Of a stretch of DNA of 64,000 nt, positions 17,973 to 27,727 are shown piece after piece. Position 1 is the stretch's first letter; every line of letters starts with the position of its first letter. Origin of the DNA: a virus (lineage: Duplodnaviria > Caudoviricetes); the IMG/VR virus record IMGVR_UViG_3300028805_000070, positions 1 through 64,000 of that record; one strand, written 5' to 3'. A program made the position numbers and the translations under genes. The notes beneath the pieces were generated by a model. That model was given only the letters and a program-made list of their open reading frames with translations. It had not been told where the DNA came from and did not search any database.

Positions 17973-18152
17973 TCAAGTCTCTTCCCACCACTGACAACCG
18001 TAGGAAAGGCACCAATTTACTATCCCTTCCTCTGTGTAACCATTCCGGTTTACTCCGTACAGACGAAGAGTAAAAGCATTTATGGAAGGACGATACCAAT
18101 AAGCACCGATTACCTCGCCGAATTCGTTTGCAATCTTTCCTTTAGTCAACAT
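17973..18152 (-). CDS. Small hypothetical protein (59 aa, MLTKGKIANEFGE...)
   Basis: Not in the ORF track. GGAGG RBS, TGA 17973-17975, A-tract TTGACA promoter near 18208. Confidence 0.7.
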   Translation of the reverse strand: MLTKGKIANEFGEVIGAYWYRPSINAFTLRLYGVNRNGYTEEGIVNWCLSYGCQWWEET

Positions 18153-18407
18153 CGTTGGTTTCCTCCCCTTCTTTGATGATGCTATTATAGCATAGTTGAT
18201 TCATATTGTCAACTACTTTTTATAAAAAATAAAAAAATTTTCGGCGTGTCAAATATATCAAAATCGGACGATCCACTTTGCATAGGTGAATGATTGTTAT
18301 TACTACATACTATTCTATTAGACAAGTATACCATACACATGGTATGCCTGTCAACACTGATAATTAGATGTATTACATCCAATTAGGTATAAAAAAAAAG
18401 AAGGGCC

Positions 18408-18692
18408 TCAAAGCCCTTCCGCATAACCGCCATAACGAATCTGTACAATAATATCGTCATGAATCCATTCCGTGTCGTTGTCGTTCATTATCATAGAGAC
18501 AATATCATCAATATCCCAATCTTCAATCCCTTCAAAAGCCCACATATCGCCATTACAATCCTCACAGTATACCACATCATTATCATAATCAATTTCCCGC
18601 ACAATGGCAGTAGTTGGATAGATATCCGCATAAGCGCAGATGCTGGACAGAGTAATGATAACGGTGATGGTGATCATGATGGCCTTCTTCAT
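18408..18692 (-). CDS. Secreted/membrane-anchored acidic protein
   Basis: N-terminal MKK plus hydrophobic signal ending AYA. Confidence 0.75.
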   Translation of the reverse strand: MKKAIMITITVIITLSSICAYADIYPTTAIVREIDYDNDVVYCEDCNGDMWAFEGIEDWDIDDIVSMIMNDNDTEWIHDDIIVQIRYGGYAEGL

Positions 18693-18844
18693 AGTAATTC
18701 ATCCTCTCTGGTTTAGTGGGTTTTCCTTCCCTTTTTGATGATACAAGTATAGCACTTATAAGCGCGCCAGTCAACACTTTCTTTTGGATGTAATACATCT
18801 AAAAAGTATAAAAGAGAAAAGGATTTATATCCTTTTCTCTTTTT

Positions 18845-18973
18845 TTACTTCATTGGACGTACTTCTAAGAAATCTGCTACTTCCCGATGCCACCGGATCC
18901 AACTTTCTGCTACTTCCTTAGAAAGCTCGCTCACGTACACCCGCCCAGTCAATTTTCCATACACTTCGAACAT
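18845..18973 (-). CDS. Small hypothetical protein (42 aa, MFEVYGKLTGRV...)
   Basis: Not in the ORF track. AAGGAGG RBS, TAA 18845-18847. Confidence 0.65.
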   Translation of the reverse strand: MFEVYGKLTGRVYVSELSKEVAESWIRWHREVADFLEVRPMK

Positions 18974-19081
18974 TTTGCATGCCCTCCTTTATTTGATGCT
19001 TAATTATAACATACACTTTTCTAATCGTCAATACTTTATTTTGGATGTAATACATCCAAAGGCGCAAGAGCGCCGAAGCGC

Positions 19082-19267
19082 TCAGTATTTGTAAGTTGGA
19101 TACATGGTCAACCTTTGCTCGGCCTGGTGCTCCTTTTGCTCGGCTCTCAATTTGGCCGCGCCCATCAACGTCCACCCGATTAGCTCGCATACGGCAACAG
19201 CCCCAAGTGGGGCGAAGCTCCCAGCTATCAGCCCGCCCAGTACGATCCCAGCTCCTATTACTAACAT
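19082..19267 (-). CDS. Small membrane protein
   Basis: Two hydrophobic helices; AAAGGAG RBS embedded in AAGCTGG repeats. Confidence 0.65.
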   Translation of the reverse strand: MLVIGAGIVLGGLIAGSFAPLGAVAVCELIGWTLMGAAKLRAEQKEHQAEQRLTMYPTYKY

Positions 19268-19403
19268 TGTTCCAGCTCCTTTCCAGCTTGCAGCTTCCAG
19301 CTTCCAGCTTGCTTACGCGTGTATATACGGTATAAGCGAGATGTGGGTGGGCGTGGGCGTTGTCGATGTAAGGGATCGGCGCCCGAGCCGCTGCTTACTT
19401 TCG

Positions 19404-19715
19404 TGTGGTAAAGCGTGAAAGCGGTGGATAACTTTCCACGCCCTTGTGGAAAACTTTCCACAACCTTCGTAACATTTCTGTAACATTTCCGCTCGCTCCC
19501 TTCCTAATTTATATGGATATTATATCTTTTTGTTACAAGTTAGTCAACACTAACACTTGGATGTAATACATCCAAAGCTCCGGAACCGTTGAAAAATAAG
19601 GGTTTGCGCCGTTTTGCCAGACTTTGGTCTATTGTTACAGAAATGTTACATTTTGTCGTATCTGGTAAAATCCGAACATTTTTTAAGTTTATCAAAAAAA
19701 ATGTTCGGATTTTTT
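19404..19715. promoter_or_regulatory. Cluster of DnaA-box-like sites, two TGTTAC-N5-TGTTAC boxes and an inverted repeat, followed by an AT-rich tract
   Basis: GTGGATAA/TTTCCAC and TGTGGAAAA/TTTCCACA at 19424-19462; 17-bp inverted repeat 19469-19485 / 19633-19649; inverted repeat ~19667-19713. Confidence 0.5.
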
Positions 19716-19889
19716 ATTTCATGAAAAAATAATACGTTATAATACATTTTATGTATACAAAAAACATTTGAAAAACAAAAAAAATAAAAAATTTTTTTGA
19801 AAAAAAGAAGGAAAACAAAAAGAGACGGCGAATATATAAAAGTGTAAAATGTGAAGGAAAACACACAAAACCAGAGAGGATGAACAAAA

Positions 19890-20690
19890 ATGGCAAGGTA
19901 CGTAAACGCGTTGACAACTTTACAAGCAAGGTCAATCAATGACGCGGTTCGGCGCTTCGGAAAAGAAATTGATTATACCGATCGGTTTACTATCGAAAAA
20001 GCTGCTTTTAAGATTGTTAACTATTTGATTGAAACATTCCCCGACCAATTTGATAAAAAATTGGAAAAGAGAATGATTGCTTGTGCAAATTGTGGTTGTG
20101 GCTTGTATGGAATTGAGCAAGGCGCGCTTTCCGTAGGGGAATATATTTCCATGCTTGCGGAACACAAGGAAGGGTCGGAAAAATCGCTTTTTGACTTTGG
20201 CGCCTTCGGTGATTTAATCGAAATACTTGTGAGGTGTGCACTTTGCCGTGTTGACAACTTTATCACGGCAAAGGTACTATATGTAAAGGGTTATGATAAC
20301 ACTGACATTATATCGAAAAAATATGGAAAATTGGAAGTCGGTCACAACGGGAAAACTCTTTCCTTTGGCACTGTATTTGACATGATGAGCGGTGATTATA
20401 CCGGAATTGTATATGGCATGTTTTCCGAAGAAGACAAAAAAGAGATTTATACCCTTTGCAGGGAGGAAGAGTATAAAAAAGCTGTTCGGTTTGTCGCGGA
20501 ATATATGTGTATATGGCTTGACAAGTATGATTTTGAAAAGGATATGAACAACTTAACGCGCGGGAAGGGTATCACTTTGAAATGTGACGGGCCGCAAGTT
20601 GTTTTTAATTCCGGTAAATATACGGCATTTCAAAATGCAATTGAGGAAGGCAAGTTTATTACTGTAAAGGATATGATGAACCGCAAGTGA
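19890..20690 (+). CDS. Orphan protein with possible PD-(D/E)xK (restriction endonuclease-like) fold
   Basis: GAFGDLIE...TDII.....KLEVG spacing resembles E...D...ExK with the Lys replaced; carries the conserved leader; terminator 20704-20731. Confidence 0.45.
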   Translation: MARYVNALTTLQARSINDAVRRFGKEIDYTDRFTIEKAAFKIVNYLIETFPDQFDKKLEKRMIACANCGCGLYGIEQGALSVGEYISMLAEHKEGSEKSLFDFGAFGDLIEILVRCALCRVDNFITAKVLYVKGYDNTDIISKKYGKLEVGHNGKTLSFGTVFDMMSGDYTGIVYGMFSEEDKKEIYTLCREEEYKKAVRFVAEYMCIWLDKYDFEKDMNNLTRGKGITLKCDGPQVVFNSGKYTAFQNAIEEGKFITVKDMMNRK

Positions 20691-20703
20691 AAAGCAAGAC
20701 AAG

Positions 20704-20731
20704 AAAAAGCGAGCTAAAAAGCTCGCTTTTT
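20704..20731. terminator. Rho-independent terminator
   Basis: AAAAAGCGAGCT-AAAA-AGCTCGCTTTTT. Confidence 0.85.
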
Positions 20732-20858
20732 CTTTTTGTTTTTATGTTAGCGGGGGCTTACTTTCGGGCTTTAGCGTGATGAAGTGCCCGGCCTCCGGCC
20801 GGCCTCCACATTTTCCACCAACTTTTTTATTTTTAAAAAATAAATTAAACCCAAACAC

Positions 20859-20888
20859 TTGACAACCCACAACCCAATGTGATAAAAT
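20859..20888 (+). promoter_or_regulatory. sigmaA-type promoter heading the morphogenesis operon
   Basis: TTGACA 20859-20864, TG-n-TAAAAT 20880-20888, upstream A/T tract. Confidence 0.65.
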
Positions 20889-20913
20889 AAAATAAAGGAG
20901 GTGTTGAAATATA

Positions 20914-22188
20914 ATGAAAAAACCATATTCATTAGATTACAACATCGAACGAGACACTGACCGTCTTTAGCTTGTACGTAACATTCTAGACTCTCTAGAG
21001 AAAAACCCATCCGATGCCGAATTAGAACAAATGGCCACCTACATTCTCTACGGCAAAGATGAAAACGGGCAATCTTCCCTACGCCGTGGAGAAGTCTATG
21101 ATAATAAAAAACGCTACAATACTTTCAAAACCTCCGACGACTATGTGCTTTCGTTTGACGAAATAATTGAAAACCCAGCAACCGACGAGCAAGAATTTAG
21201 GAGTGCCTACAAGCGCGACGTATACAAAAAATCTTAGTCCGTCATTAACCGTCCGAAATACGACAAAAAAACTGGCGCCCTTATTGATATTGGAGACGCC
21301 GATATCCCAGGAATGGTAGAACTATGGGAGCGCCTAGACCATCTTGATAAATGGCTTCATATTTTACAAGGCAAACTGCCGCCCGACGAGAACTTCCTTC
21401 TATTTGAGGATGACTATCGCCTATACCGATTGCGCCATAACATCGTGGATATGAAGAGGACCCAATACTACCTTAAGGACGCCTACAAGCCCGCAATTCA
21501 TTTTCAAAAACTAGACCACCCAAAGCCCCAATTCTATGATTGGGACGGGGAGTCCGCATATTGGATTTCGCGCGCCGAATGGGAACGCCGCGTATCCAAG
21601 TCCTATACCCATACAATTTCCACGAATCTTGCTGACTATGAGACTCGCGGCGAGGGCGATAACTTACAAGTAAAGTGGGTTGTGTACTAGCATAATTTTG
21701 ATTGGGAAAATCCCAAACATATCTACCAACTTATGAATAACTACGATGCCCTACGCGAATAGCTTAAGGAGAAGTTAGATACGTATGGGCGCACCCTTAT
21801 ATGGGATATGGAGCGTTATCTTGAAATGACCCCATTAACACCCGTGCGCCGCGCCATTGCCGAACGTGTTCTTCAAAAAATGCCCCGCGAGCAAATCTCC
21901 GAGGAACTTATGTAGGAGTTTGGATTCACCTACAACCCCTTCTACCTAAGCACCCTAATCGCCAATGACATTCCCAAGGAAATTGCGCGAGAAGCTACCC
22001 GCAACCGCCTACTTTGTGAAACCCCAAAAGAGGAACTTAAGGTATGCAAAGGATGCGGCCAAGCCTTACCGCGCCACCCACTCTTTTATACAAAGAATTC
22101 CGGCCGCAAAGATGGCTTCCAATCATATTGTAGACAATGTGAGCGCCAACGCCGCCAGGAAAAAAGGTAGGTGGTAACTGATGGATGA
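20914..22188 (+). CDS. HTH + zinc-finger protein (424 aa with TAG read through)
   Basis: AAGGAGG RBS; track fragments 21031 and 21313 share this frame and are joined by TAG only; C-terminal sigma-region-4-like helices and CKGC...CRQC. Confidence 0.7.
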
Positions 22189-23125
22189 GAAGAAAAGACG
22201 TTGCCTTAGGTGTAAGCAAGATAAGCCCATTGAAGCATTTGTATATACGGCTTCGCGCTTCTTTCCCGCCCATCGTTCCCTCATATGTACTTCTTGCCTT
22301 GAAGCTACCACTAAGCAAGACAATCTGGATGAAGTAGACCGCGTAATGCAATGGCTAGATTTGCCATTTGACCTTGATAAATGGACGCAACTTTATGAGC
22401 AACATAAGGATAGGACATTTACTGCCTACTTCAATCTCCTCTACGACGATAAGTACGCAAAGCGCTCCTGGGGAGAGGAAAATGCGCGATGGGAGCTCGC
22501 GCGAAAAGAGGGCACCATCGATGATGAGATTAAGGTTCTTTCTGAAGCTCGTATGAAGAAATTGAAGAAAGTATGGGGTCCCACTTACAAGCCCGATGAG
22601 CTGGAATGGCTTGAAGATTTCTACAATAAAATTGTAGCAACTCAAAACGTTTCTACTCCAATTTTACAGGAAAAGGCACGCGACTTTTGTGAAATATAGT
22701 GGAATATAAAGAAAGGTTTGCGCGAAGGCCTTGATGTAAAGAAGTTAATGGATGCGGCGGACAATATCGTAAAAGTATATCACTTTGAAGCCTCTAATGC
22801 TAAAAGTGCGGCAGACTTCGAGTCCATTGGAGAGCTTATGGTTTACTATGGTAAGAAAGGCTGGCATCCCAATTGGCATACGGAACCGCAAGATTCTATT
22901 GATTTTATGATGGAAAATATTTAGAATTACTTGAAGCGCCTTGTAATGAATGAAGGCAACTTCGCAGAGTAGGTTGAAGATAAGCGCGCTCGCTATAATA
23001 TGACTGAACGTCTTGAAGAAATTGAGAATGAAAAAGTTGATTTTGACGAGACAGCAGACATCGAATATGAAGGTGATAGTGCTCTTGCGGCCGAACTATA
23101 GGACGAGGGGGGATATGATGAGTGA
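22181..23125 (+). CDS. Zinc-finger protein upstream of terminase, possible small terminase subunit (314 aa, TAG read through)
   Basis: CLRC...CTSC N-terminus; fragments joined by TAG; ends TGA overlapping the terminase start. Confidence 0.6.
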
Positions 23126-24908
23126 AATCCCCGAAGGGACCCTATTGCGCGATGGGGTAGCTATTGAAAAAGGTATTACTCTTACTCGTGAATTCTTAGA
23201 TAGAAATTAGGATTTACTTACAAAATATCTCAACCTCTGGATACTGTATCCCGACTTACTGTTAGATACTATTTAGTTAACCGAAGATGCGCAGCATTTT
23301 CACTTAATGCCTTTCCAGCGCATTGCTCTGAGAGCATCTATGCGCTATAGGTACCATTTTTGGACTGGTACGCGCGCCACATCAAAATCTTTCACGGCAT
23401 ACTTATGCGCGCTAGTCCGTGCTGTCTTATTACCCGGCTCTTGCGTTATGATTGCTTCTGAAGTTAAAGGTACCGTTATTAATATTGCGCGTGATAAATT
23501 TGCTTAGTTCTTCCGCCATTGGCCACTCCTTGAAAAGGAGCTAACAACGCGCACAGAGGATGGCAAAACGGGTATTAAATCTAGTAGCAATTACTACGAA
23601 CTTAATTTTAAAAATGGCAGTCAGATTACAGTAGTATCAAAAGATACTTCTCGTGGATTGCGTGCAACCGCGGCTATATTAGAGGAATGTGCTCTTATCT
23701 CTGAGGAGGCATATACCGAGGTACTATGGCCGCAGCTAAACATTAAACGCCATGAGCCAGATGGTTCTTTAAATGTCGATGAACCTTCTTCACCGCAGAC
23801 TTTCATTACAACCGCAAGTGACCGTACTGTATATATGTATTCGCGTCTTATCGAGATAGCGGTAAATGCTGTACTGCGTCCAAAGGAGTTCTTTTGCTGG
23901 GGCCTTAGTTATGAAATTCCAGTACATTATGGCCTTATAGATAGAGCGACTATGGAAGACCAAAGATATTCTACTTCAGTCAATGAAGATGCGTTCGCGC
24001 GCGAAAACCTTAGTATATGGACAGGTAATAACTCTGATGCGTGGCTAGATTCACGTCGTCTAACTAAGCATCGTTCTTTACTTAAATGCGAACGACACGC
24101 CTATATAAGTGAAGTATGCCCTGATGCTTGGTATGAAATTGGAGTAGACGTTGGTAGATATAAAGCAAATACTGCTATTATGGTTATTAAAGTATTACCG
24201 GGTGATTCACGCTATAAGAAAAATGTAGTATACACGGAAGTTATAAATGGCGCGAACTATATTACAGATTAGGCGCCACGCATTAAAAAATTAATTTAGT
24301 TATATAATCCACGTGAGGTTGTAATTGACGGTAACGGGCCTGGTATTGGTTTAATGGACGCGATGGCGCTTCCTTCTTTTGACGCTAAGACTGGAGAATA
24401 GTTCCCTGCATATTATACTTTTAATAATGAGAACCATTTGCCGCCAGAGCTTAAAATAGAATAGGAGGAACCCGTGCCTGCCTATAATGCAATCTTGTAT
24501 GATATTAAGGCTAGTGCTTCTAATGAGGATGCCATCCATGCGGCCTTTCTAAGCGCAATAAATACTGGCTCTGTTTCCTTTCTCGCGCATGAACGTGTTG
24601 TAAAGGATAAATTGATGAAGACTAAAAAGGGATAGAAAATGACACCTTATGATAGACGTAAATTCTTACTTCCGTATGAAATGACTTCGCGCCTTATGGA
24701 TGAACTAAATAATTTGCGCCTAAAGCCCACTGGGGTTGAAAATAAATTTAAAGTAGAAAGAATTTCTCGTTCAATTGAAAAAGATAGATTTAGCGCCTTG
24801 GAATATAGTTTATATAGAATTAAATATTATGAAGATAAAGAAATTTTTAAAAAAAGGAAAAAAAAGATAAAATAGTATGTGTTCTTCAGTCCTAAAAGTA
24901 GGGGGTGA
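23118..24908 (+). CDS. terL: Terminase large subunit (596 aa, TAG read through)
   Basis: Walker A-like TRATSKS, SRGLRA, Walker B AILEE, nuclease IGVDVG and KDRFSALEY; at least eight in-frame TAGs. Confidence 0.9.
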
Positions 24909-24913
24909 GGTTT

Positions 24914-26443
24914 ATGAATTCTTTTAAGCCGTTTGTAGATTTTGCGGCAAATAACAGAATATATCGAGTTCCTATTAATGAACGTGCTGTTAGTCGCTAT
25001 GGTTCAAATGCACGTACAAATTCTGTAGGGTCACACGATTTTTCTGTAGAAGAAATTGAAGATATTATTCGCACGGGAGACTTAGATTCTCTAAGATAGC
25101 TATCCCGCTACTATTATCGCACTAATAGTGAATACCGCGAAAATATTGATTTTTTAGCCACCTTACCTTTTTATGATACAATTGTCACCCCTATATTTGA
25201 ACAAGGAAAAGGCTCATAGGCTTAGATTATTAAGAGTTTCTATAATGCTTGTGCATTTGTAGATAAACTAGATGTAAAAAATACCTTTACACGTATTACT
25301 AAAGATTGGTTAATTAACGGTATGTATAATGGCATTTTGCGCGAAATTGGGAATAGAATTTCGATTCAAGACCTTCCGCTAGAGTTTTGCCGCACGAGAT
25401 TCAAGGACTATAATAACTTAAACATCCTTGAATTTAACGTAACCTATTTTGAACACAAGTTTTCTGATGAAAAAGAAAGAGCACGTATGCTACTTACATT
25501 TCCAGAAGTAGTGCAAAAAGCGTGGAGAAATTGGAAAGACAAGAAAACAACTGATCCATGGGTTATGATTTCATCCGCCGACGGTGGCATTAACTTTTGC
25601 TTCGCTGATGATCAAACGCCATTACTTATTGCCGCTATACCAAGATTACGTAAGCTTAAGGACGCAGTTGGTCGTGAAGAAACGCGGGATGAAAATGAGC
25701 TATACAAATTACTAATTCAACGCATGCCAATTGATAAAGATGGCGAGTTAGTATTTGAACTCGATGAGGTAGCCGACATTCACGCAGGAGTAGCGAGCAT
25801 GCTCCAAGATTTGGATACTGTAGACGTGTTAACCACTTTCGGGGATACATCGTTAGAGAATCTTCAGGATTCCTCTGCGGCATCACAATCGGCTGATCGT
25901 ATTGAAAAGTATACAAAAAATGCTTGGAACGCTCTAGGGCGTGGTTCTATTCTTTTTAATGCAGAAAATAGCTCTACGCTCGCATATAGTATTAAAAAGG
26001 ATGAAAGTCTTATGAAAAGCTATTTAAACATGTATAGTACGTGGATAAGATTTCAAATCAATTAGAGATTCGTTCGCACCGGATTGACTTTTGATTTTGA
26101 AATCTTGCCCACTACTATGTTTAATATCAAAGACTATTAGAGCATTTATTTCTAGGGCGCCCAGTACGGCTATTCCAAGATGAAAGCAGGTGTAGCAAGT
26201 GGAATTAAGCAGCTTGCACAATTAAGCCTAATGACCTTTGAAAATGATTTCCTCCATATGACCGAAAAGATGATTCCTTTACAATCGTCCTATACCTCTA
26301 GTAATAATGAATCTGGCGGCAATAGTGGCAGCGGAGGAACAAAGAAAACTTCAGTAACTGTGGGTAATCAAGGTGGCCGCCCAGAGTTACCTGACGAGGA
26401 GAAATCTGAGAAAACTCAGGCCAATATTGCGGCCATGGGTTAA
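24914..26443 (+). CDS. Portal protein (509 aa, TAG read through)
   Basis: Position after terL; size; C-terminal PLQSSYT...GGRP tail typical of SPbeta-like portals. Confidence 0.8.
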
Positions 26444-26454
26444 GGAGAACTACT

Positions 26455-27714
26455 ATGGATAAAAAAATACCTATTTACTTTGATAGTGTTATTATTGCTT
26501 CTCCTACGTAGCCAATTTCTAGCTCCAAACCAGAATTGGGTCGCTTAGATGTCGGAGTTTTTACCAAATATGGGAATCGTAACGGTTCCTATATTACAGA
26601 TGAAATCGCAGAAAGTTTAATTGCTAGCGCAACAAGTGGTAATACTCCAGTAGTAGGTTTTTTTGACCCAGAAACTGAAAGCTGGGCCGGGCATACCGGG
26701 CCAACATTAGCTAGCGCCTACGGATACGTAGAAGAATTTAAAGGGTGGCAACCTTTTACAGACACAGATGGAATTACACGTGATTATGCGGTATTTTCCG
26801 TCGTACTATTTAATAAGTATTATAAAGAAGCAAATTTAGTTGTCGGTTAGCACCAATCTATGGAATTAGATCGAGATTCTATTGACGGAGACTGGGCGGA
26901 CATTGACGGAATGGAATACTTCGTGTATACTAAAGCCGCAATAATGGGTCTATGTATTATAGGCGAACATGAGCCCTGTTTTTCTGTCTCTACTTTCTTT
27001 GAGCATGAAGACAATCATTATGCTTCTCAATATGAAAAGTTCTCTTCACTTTTATCCGGCTTAAAGGAACAAGTTGAAGAGGCGGAATTAGAACAAAAGG
27101 GAGGAGAACAACCTATGGAAGACAATTTTGAAAATAACGTAGGCACTCCCGCAGAAGAGCCTGTAACTCCTGTTGCAGAAGAGCCCATTGAAGACAACGT
27201 AGTTGCCATTGAGCCCGAACTTCCACTAGTAGAAGATCCTGCTCTAAACGCGGCTGAACCTGCGGCTGAGCCAATTGATTTTGAAGCTCTTCAGAATTCT
27301 ATTACAGAACTTACAAATGCTAATGCTGAGCTAACTACTAATTATGAAAATGCTCAGAATCGGATTGCGGAACTAGAGCAAGCTTTAACTACAGCTACCG
27401 CCGCGACTGAAAACGCAAATCAGCGCATTACTGAATTAGAAGCTTCTATTGCTCAGTATGAAGCAGAAAGAATTCGTTTAGAAGATGAAAAGAAAAATCA
27501 ATTAGTAGAAAAATATGAAAAACTTCTCGCAGAAGAAGAAATTGCCGAAGTTCGCACGGAGATTTCTAACTTTACCTATGACGAACTAGAAAGCAAATTA
27601 GCAATTAGTTTTGCAAATAAACAAATGGCTGGCAGTGATAATGATATTATTCCACTACCAGAACCACCTGTAGATCAATTTGCGCTTCTAATGAAGAATT
27701 ATCGCAAGAATTAA
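26455..27714 (+). CDS. Prohead protease/scaffold fusion (419 aa, TAG read through)
   Basis: QSMELD and GLCIIG...EPCF motifs followed by an acidic coiled coil; lies between portal and capsid. Confidence 0.75.
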
Positions 27715-27727
27715 GGAGGAATATGTT

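Larger units (their letters stand above)
1271..19575. repeat. 37 dispersed copies of 19-bp palindrome TTRGATGTA-N-TACATCYAA delimiting gene/RNA cassettes
   Basis: Copies start at 1271, 1900, 2615, 3217, 3807, 4131, 4847, 5467, 6613, 7459, 7989, 8739, 9626, 10187, 10509, 11105, 12257, 12517, 12892, 13334, 13689, 14033, 14354, 14728, 15081, 15444, 15847, 16205, 16562, 16838, 17273, 17645, 17923, 18364, 18784, 19041, 19557. All are intergenic; none seen after 19575. Confidence 0.97.

Noticed and set aside
1052-19190. Recurring peptides LDVIHLI / IRCNTSN / WMYYIQ in track ORFs as a protein repeat family
   Set aside because: They are translations of the intergenic DNA palindrome in spurious frames.
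1271-19575. CRISPR array interpretation of the palindromic repeat
   Set aside because: Intervals are ~250-1150 bp and contain whole genes with promoters; no cas genes in the window.
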